From assembly GCA_030641115.1 (NCBI GenBank), contig DAOWID010000023.1, positions 1 through 48,907 on the forward strand: DNA of 48,907 bases, read 5' to 3'. Shown in pieces: positions 23,709 through 33,355 of this stretch. Below the pieces are notes generated by a model. That model did not search any database and had not been told where the DNA came from. It was given only the letters and a program-made list of their open reading frames with translations. Source of the DNA: Planctomycetota bacterium. Its GTDB lineage: Bacteria > Planctomycetota > Phycisphaerae > Sedimentisphaerales > Anaerobacaceae. The first letter of the stretch is position 1. Every line of letters starts with the position of its first letter. The position numbers were made by a program, and so were the translations under genes.

Positions 23709-26025
23709 TTACGCTATAGTCACTAACTTGGAAAGCCGCGCCCAAGTAGTCTCTGAGCCTGAATTGGATTTTCTTACTGGTTGTATTGATAAATGTCTGG
23801 TAATTAGCCCAGTCCGCCGACAATGTTGTTACCACAGAATCAAAGTCCGGCTCCAGACCGTCGCCATCGCTGTAAAGGGTCTTTATTTCAGACAGGCTCA
23901 GTGCTCGGTCAAAAAGATTGAAACAGTCGCCCCACCCGCTACCAATACCTGCCCCTTCAACGCCGCCCAATATGAGGTCCGAGCCGCTATTGATTGAGCC
24001 TGTAACCGATGAAATATCTACCGACGTTTTCTCTGCTCCATTTATATAGATAGTGGCATTGCCGTTCCTGTTAAAAACAACTGCAATGTGGCTAAGGACG
24101 CTGCTTGAAAGTATGGTTGTGTCCGTATAAAGCACCGTATTTGTGCCATCATCTATTTCGATTCTTACTTTGCGGCCTGCTGTAATCTCAATGCTAAAGC
24201 CGCCAACACCAGTAACCCATTTGTAGAACATATAGCTTTGACCAATTACAACGGGATAATATGCGAATACGGCAGTAAAATCACCCGTTCCGAAATCCAG
24301 AGAAGTAGCATCTGGTATAGTGACCTGCTGCGGCCCAGACCCCAAGTAAAATGACCCGCCGCCGCAAAACCCCTCGCCTACTTGTAAGCCACTGGTCGCC
24401 TCGCTCGATACCCCGTCATTGCCCTCACCTGAATAGTCCTTTACTGTTGTGCCTGCATCGTTTTCGTTCATACGCCACGAACCTACGCAATCCTGAACGT
24501 CACCAGACCAACCCTCAGCTACCGTATCGAAATCACTGGTTCGCCAATCGACAATCAGGGATGTACCCTTAGCCGTGAACTCAAAGCCCGGCCATATCTT
24601 CTCCTTGCCCGGTACGCCCAAATCATACACCTCGGTTATATGCCTCGATGGAATATCAACGCTGTCATCCTGAATCAAATCACTGTCGTACTGGTAAACA
24701 TAGCCTGCCGAATCGCCCAATACGAGACGTTCATTTGTAAGCACCTCTGTCAAGACCTGGCGATACGTCGTCCCCGCCGTGACTGCTGCGGCGTAGGTCG
24801 TACCGAGTGTCACTGCTCGCGCATAAGACTGTCCCGTTTGATACGAGCCGGAACCTATTAAAGCAACAGACGTTATCCCGCCAGTCGGCCATTTATGGGT
24901 AAAGTCTCTTTTCATCCATGCCCCGGTCCGAATATCAATACCGTATGCCTCAATAGCGTATTCCCTATCGTTCGGCACAATGAAAAGCCAGAGCCTCGAA
25001 TTTTCAGCCCCCATACACAGCCAGCATCGGGCCTTGTAGTTAGGGTCCAAGTCTCTTTGCAGGTATCGGTGAATCTTGTGCCCTACGAGTTTGTAGTTCG
25101 ACCCGCCCCAATAGGCATATATGTTATAATCGTTACCCACAAAGTAGTGCACGTTGTTCTTGGAGAATAGAAGGTGAGGTGCCAAAAGCCCCAGGTCAGG
25201 CATTTCAATATCCGGTTCAAATACTCGTGTCCCGCCAACGTGGGTCAGGGACCAGATAGAATTGTTCTGATATTGAATCCATTGGGGGCCGAGCAAGGCA
25301 CCCCATACATTAAAACCACCTGTATCCAACAAATCAACATAGCCAGCTCCGTTACCAGCCCAAGACTCTAATTTACCAGCCTGCGGCCATCGTATCCGCT
25401 GATTGTTCTCGTGTAAGGTGTCAGCGGCATCGGACTCTAAGGGACTAATAAGAATCGGTCTGTTGTAAAAAGCCCCCATTTGCAAGGCGTAGTGGGTCGT
25501 GTAGCTACTGCCAACGGTATGATAGCCGTCCGCACCAACCAGGTCGGCAAAGTCCGCCTCAAACTTACCGGCCCACCTTTGGACCGGCGATATGCCCGTA
25601 CAGATGCAGCAGTGGTGATACCAATCATCGCCTGTTCCGTTCAGGGCAAGGCCGTCCGTGTGCAGAACACTCGCCATACTGATGGGATTGTAGATATTAG
25701 CAGCCAGAGGTTGTCCTGATTGTGTCACATCGTCCCATTCACTGTTGACATAGTCCCGATTGTAAATCTTGCCGCCAGTTACACTCAGGAAATGCTGCGT
25801 CTTATCGAGTTCCGAGTACATGAAATTGGCGAGTATCGCAGCGCCACTATCGAGCGGCAAGCTACCCGACTCCACCTGACCAAACCCGTAGGGTGTTTTT
25901 ATCGTGTCCCTGGAATAGAGTACGTTCTGAGAGCCGTCCGCCGCCGAGCCCCTCGGCAGCTCTGAGGGGTCTCTTATAGTGGCATCGAAGCCCTGAGCAA
26001 CCTGTCTGGTTAAAATAGAGTTCAT
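23686..26025 (-). CDS. Large tail protein carrying a LamG/concanavalin-like lectin domain
   Basis: 779 aa. Residues about 512-722 (SWRMNENDAGTTVKDYSGEGNDG...GDFTAVFAYY...HIAVVFNRNGNATIYINGA...LFDRALSLSEI) match the LamG_3 pattern. Size and position resemble a podoviral nozzle or tail protein. Confidence 0.8.
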   Translation of the reverse strand: MNSILTRQVAQGFDATIRDPSELPRGSAADGSQNVLYSRDTIKTPYGFGQVESGSLPLDSGAAILANFMYSELDKTQHFLSVTGGKIYNRDYVNSEWDDVTQSGQPLAANIYNPISMASVLHTDGLALNGTGDDWYHHCCICTGISPVQRWAGKFEADFADLVGADGYHTVGSSYTTHYALQMGAFYNRPILISPLESDAADTLHENNQRIRWPQAGKLESWAGNGAGYVDLLDTGGFNVWGALLGPQWIQYQNNSIWSLTHVGGTRVFEPDIEMPDLGLLAPHLLFSKNNVHYFVGNDYNIYAYWGGSNYKLVGHKIHRYLQRDLDPNYKARCWLCMGAENSRLWLFIVPNDREYAIEAYGIDIRTGAWMKRDFTHKWPTGGITSVALIGSGSYQTGQSYARAVTLGTTYAAAVTAGTTYRQVLTEVLTNERLVLGDSAGYVYQYDSDLIQDDSVDIPSRHITEVYDLGVPGKEKIWPGFEFTAKGTSLIVDWRTSDFDTVAEGWSGDVQDCVGSWRMNENDAGTTVKDYSGEGNDGVSSEATSGLQVGEGFCGGGSFYLGSGPQQVTIPDATSLDFGTGDFTAVFAYYPVVIGQSYMFYKWVTGVGGFSIEITAGRKVRIEIDDGTNTVLYTDTTILSSSVLSHIAVVFNRNGNATIYINGAEKTSVDISSVTGSINSGSDLILGGVEGAGIGSGWGDCFNLFDRALSLSEIKTLYSDGDGLEPDFDSVVTTLSADWANYQTFINTTSKKIQFRLRDYLGAAFQVSDYSVIEPAIMG

Positions 26026-26033
26026 CGCACCCT

Positions 26034-27260
26034 TTAGTAATAATCTATCTTGATTCTGTATGCGTTCCCCTGAATGTATGTGCCCACACTGCCTATTATG
26101 ACATTTGTTGCGTCATACGCGACGACAAAAGCGGAGTTTGCGGTCGCAGACTCATACATACCTTCGGCAAAATATGTGCTTGTATTGTCATTGTAAGCTA
26201 TAATATCAACGGCAAGGATATTAGCTGCTGTAACGCCATGCGCCACCGAAGTTGAATCATCTGCGTCCAGAGTGCCTATTAGATATTTGGTATATATTTG
26301 TGTGCTTACGCCATTTACATCGCAATATCTGTACCCATCGCCATCGTGTCCCACCACATTGTCCTGATACGCCTTTATAGACTGCTGGGACGCAACCTTG
26401 TTAGGGTCGTCCGAGGCCATATCATCCTCATCTAAAAACCAACTCACGCCGGACACGTCCGTCTCGGTAACATCGGTTGTATTGGAATCGACATAGGCTT
26501 TTATGCTCTGTTGAGTAGCGAGTTGGGTAGCTGAATCAGATGCCATATCATCTTCGTCGAGTACAGATACCGAATCGCCGACATCTATCGCGCCATCATT
26601 TTGAAGGACTAATGCAATCTTGGAAGGCGTGTTTGCATCGTTACCGTCGTTTACGACAAAGCGAATCCTGCCCTTCTGGTCGTCGGATGTGCCATCATGC
26701 GAAAACTCGATATAGCCAAGGGTTGCCTGTTCGCCACCCGATTGCTCACCGTAAGCCCGGATTTGAGACTCCCTACCGTTTTCCGTGTCCTCGTCCACTT
26801 CGTTGTGCAGATATAGGGCCAGAGAATTGGCATCGACAAGGTATCTTCCGAGCACTTCCCAGGTAGAATCACGCCAACGCTTCAATACTGGCGGGTCGAA
26901 GTTATCATCCAGCCACAACCTGCCCCTGTCCCTTGCAATATCGGACAAGGCTGCGGAATCGTCCGGTAAATTCGGTTCCGCCGTAGTACCTTCGTAACAT
27001 ACAGCTGAGCCGTTAAGGTGCCAACCGCCCGCTGAGCTGGTTGCAAGAGTGACATGCTCCCTGTTCATACGGATTGCTATACCTTTGCGCAGGTCGTACA
27101 ATTCTTTGTAGGCGTTGCCATGCGGCTGGTCTATGTCTGGACTGGTTATGTCCCACTTACTTCCATCCCAGGGGTCATGCGTGCCGCCCAATGCCAGAAT
27201 CACAAAGCAGCCGAGCAATGTTAATACCACCATTCCAAGCACAAATTTCTTATCCATCAT
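26034..27260 (-). CDS. Tail fibre-like protein
   Basis: 408 aa. Two copies of the LDEDDMASD..(A)(T/S)QQSIKAY(V/Q)D motif common in phage fibre proteins. The N-terminus is hydrophobic (VLTLLGC). Confidence 0.7.
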   Translation of the reverse strand: MMDKKFVLGMVVLTLLGCFVILALGGTHDPWDGSKWDITSPDIDQPHGNAYKELYDLRKGIAIRMNREHVTLATSSAGGWHLNGSAVCYEGTTAEPNLPDDSAALSDIARDRGRLWLDDNFDPPVLKRWRDSTWEVLGRYLVDANSLALYLHNEVDEDTENGRESQIRAYGEQSGGEQATLGYIEFSHDGTSDDQKGRIRFVVNDGNDANTPSKIALVLQNDGAIDVGDSVSVLDEDDMASDSATQLATQQSIKAYVDSNTTDVTETDVSGVSWFLDEDDMASDDPNKVASQQSIKAYQDNVVGHDGDGYRYCDVNGVSTQIYTKYLIGTLDADDSTSVAHGVTAANILAVDIIAYNDNTSTYFAEGMYESATANSAFVVAYDATNVIIGSVGTYIQGNAYRIKIDYY

Positions 27261-28155
27261 ACAATTCCTCTAAACATGTCGTGTTATAGTCCTCGTACTC
27301 ACTAAGCCAGTTCTCGAACAATGCCCTTGTCTTGAGGGCCTTACTCTCGAATCGCGGCTGGCTTAACGCTATTTCATCGTATATTTCCGCAAGAGAAAAC
27401 AAGATAAGTCCTTTGTCGGAGTTGGTCAGTTGGCAAGTTGACCCGGAGCTGTTAGTCAGGACCGTCGCCCAAGGCGTATAGTCAATATGCAGGTACAGGC
27501 CGTTGTAATCACTGGAAGCCGGACAGTTGAAATAGAGCACGTTCCCCTGCCTGGTATATTCGGTGGGTTCAGAAGCACCTTCGTTGGCGATGGGTATATA
27601 CTTCGCCCTGAACTCATCTAAGGGCCGATACTTCAAGCCTGCCTGCCGGGTACTGCCGGCGTTAAGAACCCATATATTGCCTATGTGGGCAGGAGTACTC
27701 AGTGTACTCAAGGGAATCGAGAATACTGTGGCTGTCCCTGCGGCAAGATTAGACTCATCGGCACCTGTTTGGGCAAAAGTAAATGTCGTAGTCAATGGTA
27801 CACTTGCAATCGTATGCTCGCCGTCAAAGGCATTCGTCTCGGAACCGCTGTCAACATCCTCTAACTTGACCTTCTGCCCGACGAGCATCAAATGCGCTGC
27901 TGAAGTCGTTACAGTAACGACATTAGAGCTTCTGGCAGCGCCGCCTATCGCTACCGTCTTGGCCGATGAAAGCCGATACGTTGTTTCGTCGTGGGCCTCA
28001 AGGTCAACCAGCCTCGGACACCGCCTAACGATGACTATCTGGGCCTCGTTTAGCGTGTCTAATACAAAATCTTCCGTAATCAGGGCCGGATCATTCTGTC
28101 TCGCACACCTGAGCCTAATCGTGTCGATTAAGTCCTCTACATTCTTATTAGCCAT
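27250..28155 (-). CDS. Putative virion (adaptor/tail) structural protein
   Basis: 301 aa. Call is by position between the enzyme cassette and the fibre. Central beta-rich insert. Confidence 0.55.
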   Translation of the reverse strand: MANKNVEDLIDTIRLRCARQNDPALITEDFVLDTLNEAQIVIVRRCPRLVDLEAHDETTYRLSSAKTVAIGGAARSSNVVTVTTSAAHLMLVGQKVKLEDVDSGSETNAFDGEHTIASVPLTTTFTFAQTGADESNLAAGTATVFSIPLSTLSTPAHIGNIWVLNAGSTRQAGLKYRPLDEFRAKYIPIANEGASEPTEYTRQGNVLYFNCPASSDYNGLYLHIDYTPWATVLTNSSGSTCQLTNSDKGLILFSLAEIYDEIALSQPRFESKALKTRALFENWLSEYEDYNTTCLEELYDG

Positions 28156-28159
28156 GTTT

Positions 28160-29461
28160 TCATCTCGCTACAGAAGTTACCCTTACTTGCCTTACGGGTC
28201 TTTCCGTCTCCGGCCTTACCTGTGTCCTCTCAATCTTCATAGAGCAGTAAGGACAGTTCAGCACCCCGGTAATGGGGCCGTAATATATCTCGCGGCAGCA
28301 CGGACAAGTCCATCGCACATCCCCTTCTTCTTGAACCAAATGGATACCCTCGACGAGATACTTCGGTTCTTTAGGCCAAGTATTCGGGATGTTCGTCTTT
28401 ATCTGCTTGCCTTTTATATGGTCGTTAATAAAACCAGCAGCCCTCTGACAAGCCTTGCCGTCTATCGGGCCGTAAAGGTGTGTCTGTAGTTCACCGTAAA
28501 CAGCTTCGTTGATATTCGAGAGGCCCGGAATCGCCCTCGCCAAATACCATTCCAACTCCCTATAAATTTTCAGCATCGGACTGACCTGAGCCAGTAACAG
28601 GTCGGGATTGACGTTGCAGAAGTTAAATGCGGGTATATTAAGCAGGTGAGCCTCAATCGCCATCGTCGAACCACTATGCACCAGAATATCAGCGTCCCTT
28701 AACACCACAGACGCAGGTGTGTCCTCGGGATGTATCTTGACGCAATCAGGCAGCTTTTTTTTGTACTCAGCAGTAGATTCGCCGGGCCGCACCTTCAATT
28801 CAAAAGCAAGTTCATCCTCAAACCACTTCGCCAGCTCCTTAATAGCTTCAATCCAAGTGTCCCTTGCCTTGCGGTGTAGTGCGTGCAGCTTTTCGTGGTA
28901 CTCTGATTCTTCCGGCAATCCAGTTTCGCAATACTCGCTCCTGCAATCCGCAGTAGAAAAGCCGGTTGCGAAGAGAACTGTTCTTTTGCGCCCTGTGTTT
29001 GTCTCGGAATACGGCTCGAAATACGGGTCGAAAGCGAACGCACCACACGCCTTTAATTTCTCTGCTGGCATGTGTCCTTGCTCAGCTATTATATCCGTAA
29101 ACTCTTGGCCCCAGGTAAGTTCCAAATCAACATAAGGTGAGTAATCCCAATTACCAAGAATGACCGTTTTATGGTCCTCGCTAAGTTTCTCAAACTGTTC
29201 CCGGGCTTGGCCGGCCTCTCCACGCCGGACGATAACTTCAATCCCCCACTCCTTGCATTGTTTGACGAAATCATATTTGTACTGACCACCTGGCATCGGG
29301 ACTACAATCACATCCGGCTTTTCATAATATACCGATTCTCTGGCAGCATACACAAAGTTGCGTACCAAAACCTCATGGCCATAGATGCGCAGTCCTTCCG
29401 CTAACATTTGGTCGATAAACTTGTCCCTCTGGTTGGTTAGTGTGTAAAGTCCGATTTTCAT
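28160..29461 (-). CDS. GT-B-fold (TagF/capsule-synthesis-like) transferase with a C-terminal zinc ribbon
   Basis: 433 aa. RKRTVLFATGFS and LRDADILVHSGSTMAIEAHLLNIPAF resemble GT-B C-domain motifs. Ends with CPCC...CPYC. Confidence 0.65.
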   Translation of the reverse strand: MKIGLYTLTNQRDKFIDQMLAEGLRIYGHEVLVRNFVYAARESVYYEKPDVIVVPMPGGQYKYDFVKQCKEWGIEVIVRRGEAGQAREQFEKLSEDHKTVILGNWDYSPYVDLELTWGQEFTDIIAEQGHMPAEKLKACGAFAFDPYFEPYSETNTGRKRTVLFATGFSTADCRSEYCETGLPEESEYHEKLHALHRKARDTWIEAIKELAKWFEDELAFELKVRPGESTAEYKKKLPDCVKIHPEDTPASVVLRDADILVHSGSTMAIEAHLLNIPAFNFCNVNPDLLLAQVSPMLKIYRELEWYLARAIPGLSNINEAVYGELQTHLYGPIDGKACQRAAGFINDHIKGKQIKTNIPNTWPKEPKYLVEGIHLVQEEGDVRWTCPCCREIYYGPITGVLNCPYCSMKIERTQVRPETERPVRQVRVTSVAR

Positions 29462-30516
29462 TTTAATACTCTTTCTTCTGTCCTGTTAGGGATACCCCTT
29501 GTGCGCCAATCGCCTTCGAGGGGGTTTTCTCCGTTATAAAAGTGTGTGCCCGGAAAAGGCTGGAACCTATAATTGCCGGAGATACATAGCGTTTTCCGGT
29601 TCTTGAACTTAAACGCTGCTGTTAATTGTCTGTCTTTGACTGTCTCACCGGGCAGGTAATACATCATCGAACAGCACACTGGCAGGTCAATCTGATTGCA
29701 AATATCCACACATCGCTGATGGTCCTCTACGGTTTCCTGCTTGTTGATAAGTTTTAACATTCTATCACTGCCGGACTCACCCCCGAAACGCACGCTTATA
29801 AAGCCCATAGCCTTCATTTTCTTGGCAATTTCCAGATTCACACAGTTAGAGCGAACAAAGCCCTTTAATCCAAACCTCTTGTTCAAGCCTTTAGTCATCC
29901 ACATCTCATATATCTGGTTGAACCTTGCCAGGTTTACTACGAACAAATCATCCATCGTGTAGAGGATATTTGATTCTGGATACATCCGGTCAATGCACAA
30001 TACCTCGTCCATAAAGTATTCCGCCGAATGGAACCTGACCTTGCCCCAATAGTTTTGAGAAGAGCAGAAATAACAATTCCAGGGGCATCCCCGGCTCGTA
30101 AGAATCGGGACCTCTTTGCCGCACGCGCCCCTGTAAGGAAGCTTTATAGTGTCAAGGTCTTCAATGTTCTCAGGACGCATTATTCTTTCAGTGGTCTTAC
30201 CATCTATAATATCCTGCAACGCTGTCTCGCCTTCACCGATAACTATATGGTCAAATGGATAGTCCTTCAATCCTTCCCACATAGTACCCTGCCCGCCAAT
30301 AACTACGGGGACATCGGCTGTTATTGCTATATCCACCGCTTCCTTCAGCCCGCCTACGGTAGAGCTCAGACCGATTAGGTCACAATCTGCAAGTTGTGTT
30401 CGGTCTTTGGCCAGTTCAATATCGGCACCAACGCAGTTGGCTTTCAGATAACCAATGCCAAGAGGCCACTCGCTTATGGGGTCCTCGCCACCACAGAGAT
30501 AAAACTTAATCTTCAT
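29458..30516 (-). CDS. B12-binding-domain-type radical SAM enzyme
   Basis: 352 aa. Rossmann-like N-domain, then SRGCPWNCYFCSS (CxxxCxxC) and a downstream GGESGS-like motif. Confidence 0.9.
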   Translation of the reverse strand: MKIKFYLCGGEDPISEWPLGIGYLKANCVGADIELAKDRTQLADCDLIGLSSTVGGLKEAVDIAITADVPVVIGGQGTMWEGLKDYPFDHIVIGEGETALQDIIDGKTTERIMRPENIEDLDTIKLPYRGACGKEVPILTSRGCPWNCYFCSSQNYWGKVRFHSAEYFMDEVLCIDRMYPESNILYTMDDLFVVNLARFNQIYEMWMTKGLNKRFGLKGFVRSNCVNLEIAKKMKAMGFISVRFGGESGSDRMLKLINKQETVEDHQRCVDICNQIDLPVCCSMMYYLPGETVKDRQLTAAFKFKNRKTLCISGNYRFQPFPGTHFYNGENPLEGDWRTRGIPNRTEERVLK

Positions 30517-30519
30517 TGG

Positions 30520-31182
30520 CTACACACCCCTTCCATAAAACATAGGAGCATAAACATCGCGCCCCTGATGGTCCTGTTTCTTGTAAATCCTTATCTGCTT
30601 CCATGCAAATTCAGGGCAATTCTGTTGCAACTGCTCAAACCACCAATCCTGGTTTTTGACAGTGATATGAAGGGGCGGGCATCCACTACAGGCCATCTTA
30701 ACGATAATTCCACTACCGCTTATCCTTGCCATCTCCTTTAGAATGTCAGGCATTTCGTCCTCTGGTAAATGCTCCAGCACATCAAAACTTACACAATAGT
30801 CAAACTCATTGTCCTTGAACGGATAAGGTGTTTCGGAGAGGTCGTGCTCAACAAACAGGTATTTGGACCTGTCATAAATCAGTTTATTGTCGAAAATGTC
30901 CACACCGGTAACGTCCACTTTTATATCCGATAACAAGTTGCACAATATACCATTACCACAACCAAGTTCGATAACGGATATGGGTTTAGGCTCATCTGTC
31001 CAGGGGTCATGGACAATACCGTCCTTGTCTCGCAGCAGATGAAGCCAATCACATACTACATACAGACCTTGATTTATTACCCGATAACGGGCGGAGGCCG
31101 TGTGCATCGTCCTGTATAAGTTTCTCTGACTATCTGCTATTTGTTGTAACGCTGTTTTCACGATAGTTTTCTCCTTCTTCAT
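30520..31182 (-). CDS. Class I SAM-dependent methyltransferase
   Basis: ATG at 31182. VIELGCGNGILCNLL (motif I) and DYCVSFDVLEHLP. The longer track form overlaps the upstream gene. Confidence 0.85.
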   Translation of the reverse strand: MKKEKTIVKTALQQIADSQRNLYRTMHTASARYRVINQGLYVVCDWLHLLRDKDGIVHDPWTDEPKPISVIELGCGNGILCNLLSDIKVDVTGVDIFDNKLIYDRSKYLFVEHDLSETPYPFKDNEFDYCVSFDVLEHLPEDEMPDILKEMARISGSGIIVKMACSGCPPLHITVKNQDWWFEQLQQNCPEFAWKQIRIYKKQDHQGRDVYAPMFYGRGV

Positions 31183-31255
31183 CTTCTTAAAGGTATAATC
31201 TCCTGCCAAGGGTGCTCCAAAAATAAAGAGCACCCTGGCAGAAGAAGGGTTTTCT

Positions 31256-31558
31256 TTAGTAGCCAAACAAGATGTAGTCGATGGTATCGGGTGAATTACC
31301 CGTACCCGTTCCATCTGCCTGTGAGATAGGTCCGCGTCTGGTGAACGTGACCTGACCATTCGACGGCGCACCAATCGTTGCCACAGCCGTTATACCGTCC
31401 TTCAACATCACGCCATGCCCAAACAAAACTTTTTTGAGTTTGGTAGCAATCGTGAAGGTCTGGCCGGACGCACCTGTTATACTCACGGCGTTGCCAATCT
31501 CCATTCGCACGCCGGCAAGCGTTACCATTTTCTGAATCATATTATCAAATGCTGCCAT
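31256..31558 (-). CDS. Hypothetical small virion-module protein (possible decoration protein)
   Basis: 100-aa beta-rich ORF downstream of the capsid genes. Confidence 0.5.
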   Translation of the reverse strand: MAAFDNMIQKMVTLAGVRMEIGNAVSITGASGQTFTIATKLKKVLFGHGVMLKDGITAVATIGAPSNGQVTFTRRGPISQADGTGTGNSPDTIDYILFGY

Positions 31559-31604
31559 AATTAAAACCTCCTTTCAAAAAGGTCGTCTCCAAAAGAGGTT
31601 TCAA

Positions 31605-32159
31605 TTAAGAGGTTGTGTCCGTTACCAGGCTGAACGCAGAAAACACGGCACAATCCGTATTAGTAGCAAGGTGGAACACGGCATAGCTCGAACTCGCAGC
31701 TAATACCATGTAACTCTGAGCTGATACGCCGCCGTCCGTAACATACGCAGCATCATCAAGGGTTGCGATAGTATCTTGTGGACAGACACCACCAACCCAA
31801 AACCATGCATAAGGCAGGGCGGTTGTTACTGAGGCAAGGGCTATCGCTATTGGTCCGGTCAAGCCCACTTCGCTGCCATCGTCATTTACGCAGAAATAAT
31901 CTCCCGAAGCTGCCGCCGCCGTGTGCATACCACAGGTGTCCCTGATAGTGGCCTCTGGCACAGCTCCGTCGACGAATTTGAGGTACATCAAGGTTGCCCA
32001 ACCATTGTTCGTCGCGTCATAAATCATGCGTTTAGTACCGAGGTCAAAGTCCTCAGTAGCCGATGGAGTTGTCCAATCAGACGGGTTTGGCCCATTAGTT
32101 ACTTCGCCCGGCCAGTTGTCTATCAAGTAGAACTCTGTTGACAAAATTCCTACTGTCAT
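31605..32159 (-). CDS. Hypothetical virion-module protein
   Basis: ATG at 32159. 184 aa, beta-rich, directly after the capsid gene. Confidence 0.55.
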   Translation of the reverse strand: MTVGILSTEFYLIDNWPGEVTNGPNPSDWTTPSATEDFDLGTKRMIYDATNNGWATLMYLKFVDGAVPEATIRDTCGMHTAAAASGDYFCVNDDGSEVGLTGPIAIALASVTTALPYAWFWVGGVCPQDTIATLDDAAYVTDGGVSAQSYMVLAASSSYAVFHLATNTDCAVFSAFSLVTDTTS

Positions 32160-32255
32160 AGTAGTACTCCCTTCAAAAATAAAGGTCGTTTGGGAAACTA
32201 ATTCGAGCACAACGCCACGTCCCAAGTTACGTTGCGCTATTACGCCGTCATGCTG

Positions 32256-33338
32256 TTAAGCGGTGACGTTTTCGTAGTACAGATTGGGACCCGGATGCCA
32301 GCAAACGAGGTTGCCTGCGAACAGGACCCTCGCCAGCGTCATATCCGAACCACCGGCAATCTTCTTCTGGTCGAAGAACTCGGTGAGCTTGAAGTCCCTG
32401 GACGGGTCGATGAACATGTCCCAATCCCGCAGATTCAGGCCGTAGACCCTCCGCTCAAGAGCGCCGATAGCATCAGAGGTTTCGCCCATGATGGTGTTGT
32501 TAGCCGCCTTGAGGAACGGGTCCTTGATTATCCTGCGACTGTCGAGAATCATCTCCGTAAAGCCCTGACGGGCAGTACGGTTGGCCTCGATCTTGTAGGC
32601 CATCGAACGGGCCTCAGCCTCGGCCTGTAAGGACAGCCAGAGAACACCACCGAGGATTGTTATCAGGTCGGTATTGTCGCTCTCGATGTCCTCTAAAGGC
32701 TCGAACCACGTGCGCATCTGCGCGATGCCGATTGCCACCGCAGTCGCCTGGACCGCTTGTGTGATGGTGCCACCCATCGGCTGGAACCAGAAGCCAGTAT
32801 CGGCCTTGGTGCCGGCACTGTACGTCCTGGTAACTTCGCCATAGGTAGTGTCAACTTCCAGAGCACTGTTCAAGCCCTGCATGTACTTGTTGCTGTCCGT
32901 CGCTTGGGTAGCAAGACTCGAATTGGCACTGCGGTAAAGCAACTTGCGCATGTGGACGCGAACGGCCTCGTTCGCCTTGCGCGTGCGGAACTTCGCCATG
33001 TTGTGGAGCTGTGTACCGTCCTTGGTCTGCCTGGCGTTTTCAAGTTCCTCGTCAATGTCAATCTGTACCGGACACTGGAATTTCTTCCTTTGGAACTTTA
33101 TTTCCTCGGTCGTGTCCTTAACACCGTGACTGAGCTGCTGGTTGACGTTGTAGTCCTGTACCAAATCCTCGTGGGTGTCAACGTCCGCTTCCCTGGTGTA
33201 CTTCTTACCGCCCTTGAACTGCAACGTCTTGCGCTCGAGCATAAGGGCCGTTACCGGATTCTTATGCATGTACTCAACCTCCCACGTGTTATCATGGAAA
33301 TCGCGGGTCAGGTTGTCCAAATCCTGATGAAAACTCAT
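32256..33338 (-). CDS. Major capsid protein (HK97-fold type, by position and size)
   Basis: 360 aa, immediately after the scaffold-like gene. Composition is typical of a capsid protein. Confidence 0.75.
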   Translation of the reverse strand: MSFHQDLDNLTRDFHDNTWEVEYMHKNPVTALMLERKTLQFKGGKKYTREADVDTHEDLVQDYNVNQQLSHGVKDTTEEIKFQRKKFQCPVQIDIDEELENARQTKDGTQLHNMAKFRTRKANEAVRVHMRKLLYRSANSSLATQATDSNKYMQGLNSALEVDTTYGEVTRTYSAGTKADTGFWFQPMGGTITQAVQATAVAIGIAQMRTWFEPLEDIESDNTDLITILGGVLWLSLQAEAEARSMAYKIEANRTARQGFTEMILDSRRIIKDPFLKAANNTIMGETSDAIGALERRVYGLNLRDWDMFIDPSRDFKLTEFFDQKKIAGGSDMTLARVLFAGNLVCWHPGPNLYYENVTA

Positions 33339-33355
33339 TGGTAAATCTCCTTAAT

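Noticed and set aside
23686-26025. A diversity-generating retroelement targeting the LamG tail protein.
   Set aside because: There is no reverse transcriptase gene and no template repeat matching the LamG region anywhere in the window.
27563-28489. Long plus-strand ORFs (for example 27563..28489 at 308 aa, 35867..36745 at 292 aa, 18110..18928 at 272 aa, 32757..33344 at 195 aa).
   Set aside because: They lie fully antisense to well-supported minus-strand genes. Their translations are low-complexity or Ser/Leu/Pro-rich, and they lack RBS context. They are shadow ORFs.
30520-31374. Long forms of several track ORFs (30520..31374, 303..638, 7773..7997, 40076..40600, 45214..45627, 45787..46023, 47809..48117, 31605..32225).
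   Set aside because: The N-terminal extensions overlap upstream genes, lack an RBS and look non-protein-like. Internal ATGs with good RBS or ATGA coupling give compact models.
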